From assembly GCF_964355755.1 (NCBI RefSeq), contig NC_092671.1:11842001-11906000 (forward strand): a stretch of 64,000 nucleotides of DNA, read 5' to 3'. Within the stretch, counting starts at the first letter, position 1, and each line of letters begins with the position of its first letter. This document shows, one piece after another, positions 1-11,782 of this stretch. The notes under the pieces were generated by a model. That model saw nothing but the letters and a program-made list of their open reading frames with translations, did no database searches and was not told the origin of the DNA. A program made the position numbers and the translations under genes. This DNA is from Antedon mediterranea. Its lineage: Eukaryota; Animalia; Echinodermata.

Positions 1-696
1 GAAAATCGTTAAATCGCGCGTACGTCGCGTTGCGCAATTGTAAACATCATGAAAAGCTTCGCTTGACGACGTTACGTGAATGTCAAAATGTTAACATAGT
101 TAACAAAATGTTATGTTTGCAAGTTTTAGAGAAAAGCGTTACACAAAAATCATACAGAAAGAAAGAAGATGAAAAAAAAGATGATTTCGTACAATCACAA
201 GAGGTTATCCTGCAACTTCGTTGCGGATAACCAATAAAGATTTCATACAATAACAATAGGTGATCATTTTATTCTAAATGATCACCTAAAAAACGAGTAG
301 GAGCAAAGGATAACCCTCTAAACCCGGAGGTTTGTATCCTGAGGGGTTATGACAAGGTCAAGCAGAATGTCGCAATCAAACATCACACATAAATCTGCAA
401 TTACAGACCATGCTACAAAGGAAAACCGTACACCTATAGGAAGCAAAAGTGTTAAAGAAACAGGGAAATATCAACAAGAGAAGATGGCAAGCAAAAAGTA
501 ATTATAATTAGAAAAACTGAAAACAACATGAACAGAGATCAAGGAGGAAAGTGGCTGCCACACATACGATGATCTATTAGAAGTGAGACGGCCGACCGCG
601 GCGGACCACTCTTGGACTCACCCGCACTCTGGGACTCACCCAGAGGTTTTCAAGTAACAACATATAGAGGGGGCGTGTCACAATAAAATCACGTGA

Positions 697-1095
697 CTAT
701 GCCATGATCGGTGTCGACAAACCAAAACTTGAGAAAGTGCGATGATAACGCGGGGATAACGCATGAAACGTTGGGTAAGTTTCAACGTAACCTTGTTCCT
801 TCACCATAGGCCTAAACGAAATTATTTTCAAACAATTTAATTTAGATATTAAAGCAACTACAAATTTACAGAATACAAACATTTACTTCTACCTAATCAC
901 AAAGAAAGCTATATGTTCTTTATAGGCCTAAGAAACTAAGGATGAATTTTTATATAATTTTTCTTTTGCAGAATAAATTAGACCCACACAAAATGATCAG
1001 ACAAACACTTTTAATTGATGTAGGAGTTAACGCAAAAATGATAACCCCCGTTCACCTATGATCTAGTTCCCTATGATTCCGGTTTTTCTGCAGAA
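697..1095 (-). CDS. Tentative copy A terminal exons: 1056-1095 (VLQKNRNHRELDH, phase 1-2) and 697-811 (RPMVKEQGYVETYPTFHALSPRYHRTFSSFGLSTPIMA*)
   Basis: GT-AG sites and compatible phases give an open frame, but 1056-1095 is a frameshifted ESSA-type exon and the acceptor at 812-813 is absent from paralogue C. Confidence 0.25.
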
Positions 1096-1773
1096 CTACA
1101 CGTATAACTAATGTTAAGCTTTCTATCAATAGATAATTAACTAGTGCTATCTTAAACTTGAGAAAATACTTCTACCTAACTATATAAGAAACTAAGGATG
1201 AATTTTGATATGTTTTTTTTGTTTGTTTTTGCTCTCTTTTTTTTGCAGAATAATTTAGACCCAAATGATCAGACAAACGCTTTAATTGATGTAGGAGTTA
1301 ATGAGGTCGACTTGGTTTCCGGTTTATCTGCAGAGATCTCAACACAAATGGAGACATAAGTTTAACTAGACTAAACTAAATAAACCATTAACTAGGCCTA
1401 ACTTAAACTTCAGACCTAATTGTACATGAATGGAATTTTAATCTTTTTTTAATTTTTTTTTTTATAAATCAAAGGATGCACAGACGAAGAATAATTAATG
1501 CGAAATAATTGTTTAACTTTACACATTTTTTTTTCTTCTGTCGTAACACCCGATATGGAAAAAAATAAATAAATTGTTTAAAATGTTACGAGGTCATATT
1601 TTAACATAGGACTATTACAGTAACGTTAAGAAACCTAACAGTTATTTCAAAACTACATACGTGGTGTACCGCAAACTTTATATATCATTACAATTATGTA
1701 TGGTTATTTAAAGTTCATACTGATATAAAGTACTCATAAGTTCACATAAAACAGAATATGAAAAATCATTTAC

Positions 1774-1803
1774 CAGGACCTCCACCACCACCACCACCAC
1801 CAC
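1774..1803 (-). CDS. Copy A exon 7 (30 nt): poly-Gly micro-exon GGGGGGGGGP
   Basis: Acceptor ttttgtttgtcttttag|, donor CCTG|GTAAAT; phase 1-1; paralogue at 43202-43249 keeps the frame despite a length change. Confidence 0.7.
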
Positions 1804-2260
1804 CTAAAAGACAAACAAAACTGTAAATTAACTAAATTTAATAACACCTTGCAACAATCAGTTCACAATGATTTAAGTACACATAGACTATAAGTCACTA
1901 GGCCTAATATAATATTTATAAGTCTCTAATTTTATATATTTTGTTGTGTACTGTGTCTTTTGCTTATTTTAAATTCCTTATCCATTCCATAAGCTAATTA
2001 ATGATGAAATGATGATGCCTGTCAATTTGATTTAGATATTAAAGCAACTACAAACTTACAGAATACAAACATTTAATTTTAAGATAATGAACCTAATAAA
2101 ATTCTACCTAATTTATGTTCTTTATAAAAAAAAATAAGGATGAATTTTTATATGACTTTTTTGTTTGTTCTTTTACAGAATAAATTAGACCCAAAAATTA
2201 TCAGACAAACGCTTTAATTGATGTAGGAGTTAATGCAACCATGATAAAACTCAATTTTAC

Positions 2261-2299
2261 CTGAGGTAGACTTGGTTTCCGGTTTATCTGCAGAGCTCT
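2261..2299 (-). CDS. Copy A exon 6 (39 nt): ESSADKPETKSTS linker
   Basis: Acceptor ccatttttgtag|, donor TCAG|GTAAAA; phase 1-1; related copies at about 1302-1340, 1056-1095 and 42023-42051. Confidence 0.65.
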
Positions 2300-2472
2300 C
2301 TACAAAAATGGAAACATAAGTATAACTAATGTTAGGCTCTCTATCAATAATTAACCAGACCTATCCTAAACTTTAGGAAATGAACATTTCACATTTACAG
2401 AAAATGAATGGATGGAATTTAGCACGTAGAGCCGCTATGAAGAACAAAAATCAAGGCAAAACGAGCTGTGCG

Positions 2473-4404
2473 TATGGAACGCCTCCTCTGCCTTCAGTTC
2501 ACATTTGTTATGCAGTACACACCAATCGTCATGCAGTACACACCAATCGTCATGCAGTACACACCAATCGTCATGCAGTACACACCAAACATCATGCAGT
2601 ACACACCAATTGTCATGCAGTACACACCAATCGTCATGCAGTACACACCAATGGTCATGCAGTACACACCAATGGTCATGCAGTACACACCAATCGTCAT
2701 GCAGTACACACCAATCGTCATGCAGTACACACCAATCGTCATGAAGTCAAATATGTCTACTACTACACCGCACGTGCTTTATGACTAAAATGGCTGGAAA
2801 AACTATTAAATAAATCTTGGAATCTATAGGACGTAAAGCACGTGCGGTGTAGTAGTAGACTATGGAACGCCTCCTCTGCCTTCAGTTCACAATGGTCATG
2901 CAGTACACACCAATCGTCATGCAGTACACACCAATGGTCATGCAGTACACACAATGGTCATGCAGTACACACCAATGGTCATGCAGTACACACCAAACAT
3001 CATGCAGTACACACCAATCGTCATGCAGTACACACCAAACATCATGCAGTACACACCAATGGTCATGCAGTACACACCAATTGTCATGCAGTACACACCA
3101 ATCGTCATGCAGTACACACCAATCGTCATGCAGTGAAATATTGCGTAATTTATACCGCCACCTATCGACAAAATCGAATATCACGTGACGTTTATTAGAC
3201 GGCTGTAAAACTAGGCCATCGACTCTAAGATTTCTTTTATGTTTGACATACTGTACTTATTTTAACCGCTACACATCTCTGTGAATGCTCTGTTTTTTAT
3301 ATATACAATAATTTATTATGCGAGACACAGGCGCGGCTAGGAGGCCATTGCAATTATTGAATTCCATAAAAGAAGTTTAAATAGTCTTAGTTTTACAGCC
3401 GTCTAATAAACCTCACGTGATATTCGATTTTGTCGATAGGTGGCGGTATAAATTACGCAATATTTGACTGCATGACGATTGGTGTGTACTGCATGACGAT
3501 TGGTGTGTACTGCATGACAATTGGTGTGTACTGCATGATGTTTGGTGTGTACTGCATGACGATTGGTGTGTACTGCATGACGATTGGTGTGTACTGCATG
3601 ATAAATGTGAACGACGATTGGTGTGTACTGCATGACAATTGGTGTGTACTGCATGACCATTGGTGTGTACTGCATGACGATTGGTGTGTACTGCATGACG
3701 ATTGGTGTGTACTGTATGACGATTGGTGTGTACTGCATGATGTTTGTTGTGTACTGCATGACGATTGGTGTGTACTGCATGACGATTGGTGTGTACTGCA
3801 TGACCATTGGTGTGTACTGCATGACGATTGGTGTGTACTGCATGAAGATTGGTGTGTACTGCATGATAAATGTGAACTGAAGGCAGAGGAGGCGTTCCAT
3901 AGTAGACAGCGTGAGTTGCTGTAGTATAAAGTTTGTATATAGCCTTAGTTTTACAGCCGTCTAATAAAAGTCACGTGATATTCGATTTTGTCGATAGGTG
4001 GCGGTATAAATTACGCAATATTGGACTGCATGACGATTGGTGTGTACTGCATGACGATTGGTGTGTACTGCATGACGATTGGTGTGTACTGCATGACGAT
4101 TGGTGTGTACTGCATGACCATTGGTGTGTACTGCATGACGATTGGTGTGTACTGCATGACAATTGGTGTGTACTGCATGACGATTGGTGTGTACTGCATG
4201 ACGATTGGTGTGTACTGCATGACGATTGGTGTGTACTGCATGACGATTGGTGTGTACTGCATGACGATTGGTGTGTACTGCATGACCATTGGTGTGTACT
4301 GCATGACCATTGGTGTGTACTGCATGACCATTGGTGTGTACTGCATGACCATTGGTGTGTACTGCATGATAAATGTGAACTGAAGGCAGAGGAGGCGTTC
4401 CATA
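2473..4404. mobile_element. Non-autonomous foldback DNA transposon (IS3EU-like) with 21-bp tandem repeats in the arms
   Basis: Termini TATGGAACGCC...GGCGTTCCATA; 6-bp TSD TGTGCG (2467-2472, 4405-4410); empty site near 43466; unit ATGCAGTACACACCAATCGTC. Confidence 0.9.
2861..3901. mobile_element. Second foldback element of the same family nested inside the first
   Basis: Same termini; 6-bp TSD GTAGAC (2855-2860, 3902-3907); different central spacer; absent from the duplicate at about 52040. Confidence 0.9.
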
Positions 4405-5268
4405 TGTGCGCGCCTGTGCGGATCACCTGAAAATATCCCTGTTGTATAGGTGATTCGCCTGTTTTTGCCCGTCTCGTTTTTGTTAAATATTAAATAAAAA
4501 AAGAATTCGCTATAAACTGAAAAATGTTGGTGACGTGCATAATCATGTCGTGATTTGAGAATTAGGTTTGGTGACAGTATAGGCATAGATATACTGTACA
4601 TGTAAAACGGCCAAAAATAATTCAAATATTTTTACATCTAAATGGTTCTCCTGATTGTAAAATGGTCTCTAAAAAGGAGTAGTTTTAAATGCTCAAATAA
4701 TATGTATTTTATTAAGTGGTAGAAACGTTCACTTAATAAACAATATTAATGCCAATCTATAATCACTCGTTGTGTAATTTATAGTTTACTTTTGGTGTAC
4801 CCAGGCTTATCATATTACAATAGATGTTTACTGTTGTCCTGCATACTGTACCTATCACGTTCATCACTGATAGTAGAATGTCTACCGAAATATGTCAGTA
4901 ATAGTAAAAAGTTTTTTTTCAGATACAATTTATCTCCGAAACTTAACTTTAATATAAAACTATCGGTCTGAAACAACGACCCTCGCGATTGGAAAAGATG
5001 TTGCAGAAAGAAAATTGTCATTGCAGTAGGCCTGGCTTTATGTCCTTACTCACATCCGCATATGGTGCGAACATTATTTTTAGATTCTTTTATTCACAAT
5101 GCATTACTACAACTGACGACAGTAGTAGTGTTATCCACGGCCTATATTGTTTTGAGACTTTGTTTCTACATTGTGACTTTGCCTGCTCACATTGGGTAGG
5201 CTTATTATTTGTTAATTATGCTCATAAGTCTGTGGTGACAGATATTTGAAACAAATATTTTATCTTAC

Positions 5269-5352
5269 CTTCACTTTTCACTGCAAGCCTAAACTCCTTA
5301 GTACATTTGTCACGATCATATCCGTCTTCCAAACAGGACAGCATGCAGGTAG
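5269..5352 (-). CDS. Copy A exon 5 (84 nt): ATCMLSCLEDGYDRDKCTKEFRLAVKSE
   Basis: Acceptor ttttgatttttag|, donor GAAG|GTAAGA; phase 1-1; same A-x-C-x3-C-L-x2-G pattern as exon 4. Confidence 0.8.
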
Positions 5353-5587
5353 CTAAAAATCAAAATAAAACTAGTGGAAAATTAACTGGTATTAATGTAA
5401 ATAAACCATCACAACACAATATTCAACATCATAACACAATATTCAAATCTGCCTTCAAATCCTCCAAGAAAAACAAACTACAAAAGCACTTCATTGTTCT
5501 GAACTGTGTTTTAATTGTTTTCTGTTAATCTTCACTTTCATTCCAGTTTGATTGATATTTGAATTAATAAATTAAAATTAAATTTAC

Positions 5588-5659
5588 CTTTCTCTGTACA
5601 GACATCATTACATTGGGCACGAACATCTCCAGATTTCAAACAAGCTATTACGCATTCAG
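5588..5659 (-). CDS. Copy A exon 4 (72 nt): AECVIACLKSGDVRAQCNDVCTEK (CX3C-X9-CX3C)
   Basis: Acceptor gattttgttttag|, donor AAAG|GTAAAT; phase 1-1; visible inside ORF 5538..5720. Confidence 0.85.
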
Positions 5660-5939
5660 CTAAAACAAAATCAAACAGATAATATAACGCATTAGAATCA
5701 GTTGTATTATAAAAGTGCAATGTATTTTAACACGTTTTCACAAACAATTGTAGCTTTAAACTTTAAAAGTATATACCTATTAGAAGCTAATTAGTCATTT
5801 TAAGTTTAGGCCTCAGATATTTAAATAGTGTATAAACAAATTACTGTATAATCTAAAATTATTAGTTTAGGCCATGTTTTTCAAAAGTAAAATGATCAGA
5901 AAGAAAGCAATCATAAAAAGATAACAACAAGTCGTTTAC

Positions 5940-5975
5940 CGTGGTCCTTAAATTTTGAACACTCTTTCAAGAGAC
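5940..5975 (-). CDS. Copy A exon 3 (36 nt): GLLKECSKFKDH
   Basis: Acceptor gttttttag|, donor CACG|GTAAAC; phase 1-1; open frame. Confidence 0.7.
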
Positions 5976-6136
5976 CTAAAAAACTTTGAATAATTAGTAA
6001 TACAAAAATCAACTTTCAAAAAAACAAACAAAAAACAAAAACGACAAAGGAATTAAATCCAATAATACCCAACATCGGAGATATTTTGATAGATTTGAAT
6101 TGAACATAAATTGTGAAAGCATTATCTTATGCTCAC

Positions 6137-6190
6137 CTTTTGCCTTACAGTAATCATTGCATTGGGCATTATCATCTCCAGATTTTAAAC
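6137..6190 (-). CDS. Copy A exon 2 (54 nt): GLKSGDDNAQCNDYCKAK
   Basis: Acceptor atattttatag|, donor AAAG|GTGAGC; phase 1-1; open frame; paralogous to exon 4. Confidence 0.8.
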
Positions 6191-6577
6191 CTATAAAATA
6201 TTAATAATATACAGTATAGACATTTTTACCAACTCAAAAACTCTACGAAACATTTTTAAAGAATTTGATTCAACATTTTCTTGGGTTAGATGGAATTATT
6301 TTCACTGTAGGCCTATTTTAATTTGTTATGTACAGTAACATAATATGTTTCATTCAGTTACGATGGTTCATAGCTGTCACCTTTATCTTCATTATTATTT
6401 AATATTTTTATAATTGATATAGAGGATTTATTACATTCTGCTGAAAATTAAAAAAAGATAAAAAATTGACAACATAAAATATTAATCACTTATTTTATCA
6501 GTGATACGGTGTATGCATTACAGGATAAATAAATTAGACCGTAGCCAGATATGTCGGCCCTAAACCGTCTCGGTCAA

Positions 6578-6665
6578 AGTCAAGTCGGCCCCGCGTCAAG
6601 TCGGCCCCGCGTCAAGTCAGCCCCGCGTCAAGTCGGCCACGCGTCAGCCCGGCCACAAGTCAACT
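6578..6665 (+). repeat. 16-bp GC-rich tandem repeat (GTCAAGTCGGCCCCGC)
   Basis: About five degenerate units; also at about 54737-54823 and shorter at about 43947-44000. Confidence 0.75.
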
Positions 6666-6924
6666 CGCGAATAGATTTCATTGAATTATATGATTCTCAC
6701 ATTTTAGTATTATTTTAAACTGTTTAATTATTATAATAACGCATTGAATCGACATTGTTAACATTTTGTTTAACTAATTTTAAGAAACTGTGTATTATAT
6801 ATGTAAGTTGTAATGTTCTATGCTGGACCTTTTGAAAAACAACAATGTCCCCTTGGCGGGACAACGTTGATATTATGGAAATATGTTAATAAATAAATAA
6901 ATAAATAAAATATAATACATCAAA

Positions 6925-7370
6925 TTCATTAGCAAAAGATTCATAAATGTTAACCATCTTTTGTATAAGGCATCAATGAGGGTAAAAGAAACACCATATC
7001 GTCGGCATAACTATAGGGTTGTTAAACATTATTGTGATCACAATACGACTAGGATCGAATGTATTATAATAGATGAGGATTGACAGTTAGAACAGTTAGA
7101 AAAAGTAAAATAATATTGTTTAAAAATAGAAAATTTAGAAATATGAAAAATTGAATTATCTAGGTAAAGAAATTGAAATAGTAAAATCTCTTAAATATCT
7201 TGGAGTCATTTTCAATTGTTCAGAAAATTAGGAAAAGGCAAGCGAAAAAATAATAGGCCTACACAGGCTAAATAAATCACTTTTCTCACACAAAAATATA
7301 GTCTATCAGAAATATGGACATCTACTACCTGTGAATACTTGGAACCACTTATTTGTTATAATAAACTTAA
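6925..7370. pseudogene. Old LINE RT fragment in two opposite-orientation pieces
   Basis: Minus strand YADDMVFLLPS near 7010; plus strand KSKIILFKN...EIEIVKSLKYLGVIF at about 7100-7215. Confidence 0.5.
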
Positions 7371-7446
7371 TTATACTGTATGGCAGGGGTGGCGCCAGGA
7401 TCTTCCCGACGCGGGGGCTACATTCCCCGACGAGGGGCTATGCGAG

Positions 7447-7470
7447 CATAGTCAATAGAAATTGACTATG
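7447..7470. mobile_element. 24-bp palindromic transposon remnant with a 7-bp TSD
   Basis: ATGCGAG-CATAGTCAAT-AGAA-ATTGACTATG-ATGCGAG. Confidence 0.65.
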
Positions 7471-8266
7471 ATGCGAGCATCACTAGGCTGGGGTCCAGGG
7501 GGCGAAGCCCCCGGAAGCAACGCGTTCTAGCGTCATTTGAGGTCTTTTTAATCAGATTTAGGGTAGCCATTTTTTCCATTTTTTATAATGCATAAATAAA
7601 ATACTGCGTGTAAAAAAACGATGCGCGATGACTGTTTCAATCCATATTTTTCAATTTAAAAAATAAAAGTTCAAAGAAAAGTTAGAAAAATAGAGTTGGA
7701 GGTCCCGGAAATTGGACTTATTATACTTCAAAACATGAAACAAAATATATAAGTCCCTATCATGGTTGTGACTGAGCTAAGAAATGTTTGAAAAATAGAG
7801 ATGTTAGGTCCCGGAAAATGTACTTCTTGTTCTTCGAAATATGACCAGCTTTATTGTTGGGGCTGAGCTAAGAAAATGTTTAAAACTAGAGCTGCAGGTC
7901 TTCAAAAAATTGCATTTTATACTTTGGAAACATCAGGCCTAGAGGCTTAAAAAACGCAAGCGTAGACCTTTTTCAGTCGGGGAAATAAGTTTATTCCTCC
8001 CAGGTGTATGCGTGCGTACCATCTGGACTTCCGAGTGGTGAGAAATTCATGACATACAGGATATTGAAAATGTAATAACTTAGCTATAATAAGATGTTGG
8101 CTAAGCGAAAAGGGCATGTTTTTTTGTTTAGTAATGGATGAAAAATTTATTTTAGGTGCCCCACGGTACAGAAGGTTACTTGTAAATTAAAGAATTGGTG
8201 AACATACGAACAATTAACATAATTCGTTTTTGCTGTAGTGTAGCGTACGTCGACGCAGTACACGAC

Positions 8267-8918
8267 GTAACCGTCGGTAAACTTCGCCTTGAAAATAACT
8301 ACAGTACACATTTTGGTCCCTGGATGGAACATGATATCACGCGTCTCGACCCAACGTTGAACGATTCGTACAAAGGGATACCGCCAGACAAGTGCGTACC
8401 TAGCTATTGTTTAGTAGTAAGTTAGATCGCTGGCAATAATGAATGCATATAAAGTGCATAATATCACTCTGACGTACTCTCACGGTCAATGAAACGTCGC
8501 GGTTTTCTAGGCGCTGAAGCTAGCTACGAAGTGAACGCGAACGCTTTTTACTATATATTATATTCCCCGACAAAAAGTACCCGTGTTCCCATCGGTAACC
8601 GTCGGTAAACTTGGCCTGGAAAATAACTACATTACACATTTTGGTCCCTGGATGAAACTTGATATCACGCGTCTCGACCCAACGTTGAACGATTCGTACA
8701 AAGGGATACCGCCAGACAAGTGCGTACCTAGCTAATGTTTAGTAGTAAGTTAGATCGCTGGCAATAATGAATGCATAAAAGTGCATAATATTAGCCCTCT
8801 GACGTACTCGCACGGTCAATGGAACGTCGTGGTTTTCTAGGCGCTGAAGCTATATGAAGTGAACGCGAACGTTTTTTACTGTATATTATATTCCCCGACA
8901 AAAAGTACCCGTGTTCCC
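8267..8918 (+). repeat. Two head-to-tail repeats of about 328 bp abutting the PLE RT fragment; duplicated at about 56420-57070
   Basis: 8267-8590 and 8595-8918 are highly similar. Confidence 0.85.
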
Positions 8919-9484
8919 CTGATAGAGGGGTAAAATTCTACGATGTCGAAGCATATAAAGTTGTGTTGTTGTTTCTTGTCGATGCTCTTAAACCATTCGA
9001 TGACCGATGAGGTATTTTTCCATTGATTGGTGCGAAGTTTTGATGTAATTTTGCTGTTAATACGATCGAGTATAGTTTTGCTTATCTTGCCTATCTCGGA
9101 TTTGGTCGGGTTTATTAATCGGCAAGTAGGTTTGTTAGTGAAGTTCGGTTTGTGGTCTTTGAAGGTTATGAAAGCATCTTTATTTGCAGTTGTATCCACT
9201 CTGTCAGCGATGTTCAATTTTGTTGCAATACTTTTGTTTTTTCTATGAATCGTCTGTACAAGTGCAGGTTCTGCTTTCTTGTATGATTTGGTGATGTTTT
9301 CTTCTAGGAGGTTGTCATACGTCGGTGGGTCTAGTTTGTAGAAATTTGTGGTTTTGTCGGCTGCAATTAAAAGTTTGGGCTCGTTTTCAATTTTCTTGGA
9401 GTCGGATTTTAACTTGTTGAGTAGAGGGTTGTCTGCGTTTTTTAATGTTGTCGATTGTATCAGATGGAGTATGTCATCTTCAAA
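8919..9484 (-). mobile_element. Penelope-like element RT fragment (Naiad-like); duplicate at about 57072-57637
   Basis: Open frame with AADKTTNFYKL, AFITFKDHKPNF, CRLINP and FDIVEFYPSI. Confidence 0.8.
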
Positions 9485-9961
9485 TTAATATATATTAAGC
9501 CTATACACTTATTAATACTGTTTATTATTACTGTTCATTATTCAAAAATGTAAACAAATTGAAATAGTTTTTAATTTTCCCCACTAATAAATTTGAATAC
9601 ACAACAATACCACACAAATATAAGTGTACAGTACAGTTTACCTGAGCAAACATATTCGAAGAAGGTGTTTCGTCATATTTCCATATTTTTTTAGAATGTA
9701 TACAAGATGTAAAAAAATGATTATATTCTACTCAAATTATAATAAGATTAAATTCGGTTTGTTGCGTTTGTTCACATAGGGATGGGGGAGATACTCCCGT
9801 TGTGCATCTTCATTTACAACCCCCCACCAGCGAAAGGCCGGGAGTTCTAATAGAGTACCTGTAGTAACATATTGAGGCCTACTGTTTCGTAACATAGCCC
9901 TTTGTCCACGCTTCTCTCTAAGAAGAATTTAGGGAAACATATATCATACTAAATGGCATCT

Positions 9962-11572
9962 TCTATATATAAATTTACGTAAGGGCAAAATTCGGTAAAT
10001 CGCGCGTTATTTCTAGAATGTTTACTCGATGGTATATAAAGTTGGTTAGAATCTAGGTACTGATTTTAACCACCTGATGTAACCCTGTTTACTAATTAAA
10101 CTGAGTTAGATAATTAGTTATTGACAATTAAAACGAATTTAGGTTCAACGATTTGCCCCAAATAGGGGTGTTTTTCGATCGTGGTATACACTGTCTAATG
10201 GATGTCCGTCTTGAAAAATACCCGCAGACAATAATACGAGGATGCTTCGCATTTTTCTATCTCCTCCTACGATAATTGTTTTTAATGGCTGGAAACCGGT
10301 TGAACAGCTCGAGTACAGCATCATAATGTTGAATAGGGGTGTTTTTCGATCGTGGTATACACTGTCTAATGGATGTCCGTCTTGAAAAATACCCGCAGAC
10401 AATAATACGAGGATGCTTCGCATTTTCCTATCTCCTCCTACGATAATTGTTTTTAATGGCTGGAAACCGGTTGAACAGCTCGAGTACAGCATCATAATGT
10501 TGAAGACAGGCCGATTTTCTTTAAAAAATAATATTTTGATAGATTTAATATACGTTTATACAAATGTATTGATTTGCGATGAATGGAATATTCCAGTCTC
10601 TGTTCCACAAGTGTCTATTCCCTCAGGCGTCGTAAAGGCAAGTACTGTATACTCATAACAGAAATTCGATTCATTTTTTTTTCAATCTGTGCGGTAGAGG
10701 TTGGATATAATTTTTTTTTAAACGGATAATGAGCTAGCATTTTCAGTCGCCGTATATTATGTACAAATCTTTATTATTGCAGTTAAACCACCCCCATCAT
10801 CACCCTTCCCTCACTGGCATGAGTAGCGTTGTTAAGCCAGTAGAGGATAGGCCAACGGTGCATCACATGCCCTAAACGCAGAACAACTTTGGTGGGTAGG
10901 GTAGGAACCAACTTAAGTATGAATTGGCTCTAAGAAACAATTGAAAACCATTAGGCCTACTATTTAAGTTGAGTTAGATAATTTAATATTTATTGACGAT
11001 TAAATCGAATTTATGATTTTCCCCGAATAGAGGTGGTTTTCACAAATTGTTTTACATTATATAAACATACACGTCGTAGTGATGTATCGTTACATGTACT
11101 GTACTATTTCAATCGACTAGGACGGTGATAGTTTCAACAAAGTATTACATCGCAATGTTTTACTGTGTTTAGTGGTATATTATTTGTAAAACATGAAAAC
11201 AATTAATATTTCGTTACTAAATGGACAAAGAATATATTTAAAAAGTGTTCCTCTTTGCACCCATCCTCTTCCCCATCCCCTTCCCCATCCCTCAGCCCTA
11301 ATGTTACATACAAAACACAAATTAAGTTTGTTTAAATTTGACTTAAACAATTGGTCTCATTTTCTCAAGTTTCTCATTCGGAAGTAATTCCCAGGGTGCT
11401 AATTTTAGTTGAGTACATAAATCACAGTGTCTATTTATTCGTTCCTGTAAACGACATGTATTATTGTCCTGCGGTACGTACATTTGAAATCGCCAGTTTT
11501 TTAACGCTGAAATTATTATGTATTCGAGAACCATCTGTGGGCATGACCTAGATGGTACGCGAGCGAAGCGAG
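9962..11572 (+). mobile_element. Helitron of the same family, 3'-truncated, with an internal tandem duplication of about 180 bp
   Basis: Same 5' end; hairpin cut after GCGAG; duplication at about 10160-10510 absent from the copy at about 58300. Confidence 0.8.
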
Positions 11573-11782
11573 TTGTTATCAATTATGCATATGCCATAAT
11601 GGCTTTGATAATTATCGTAACATATTTCACTAAAAAATTAACAAGCTTCGACTTAGATTTGATTGGCTGAATCTTCGGTAACTGTTGTGAGTCGCTGATT
11701 GGCTGACGTGGCAATGTCCTTCCACTTCCGTATTTTGAACTACCTGTACAGCGACCGTTGCTGCATCAAATCCATTATGATA

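Noticed and set aside
801-811. Phase-1 reading of the last acceptor gives GLW*, recalling GLWamide neuropeptides
   Set aside because: No amidating Gly or basic cleavage site, and the acceptor is absent in the paralogue
2500-4370. CRISPR-like appearance of the short repeat arrays
   Set aside because: Units are contiguous with no unique spacers, there are no cas genes, and the context is eukaryotic
2380-4625. Many repetitive ORFs (MQYTPIV, HAVHTNR, CSTHQSS, WCVLHDD), also at 38766-39678 and 51630-52783
   Set aside because: Artefacts of a stop-free 21-bp tandem repeat open in all frames inside transposon arms
5054-5121. GTGAGT donor-like site downstream of exon 5
   Set aside because: Nearby candidate acceptors give early stops or lack a pyrimidine tract
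9642-9727. Possible additional exon ending at a strong donor (CTCAG|GTAAAC), conserved near 48514 and 57795
   Set aside because: The phase-1 frame has a TGA and there is no convincing acceptor; it cannot be fitted to the model, though a decayed exon is not excluded
10145-10658. Recurrent short ORFs (MMLYSSCSTG..., also 37313, 50575, 58387) as a gene family
   Set aside because: They lie within copies of a non-autonomous Helitron, so the recurrence reflects the repeat
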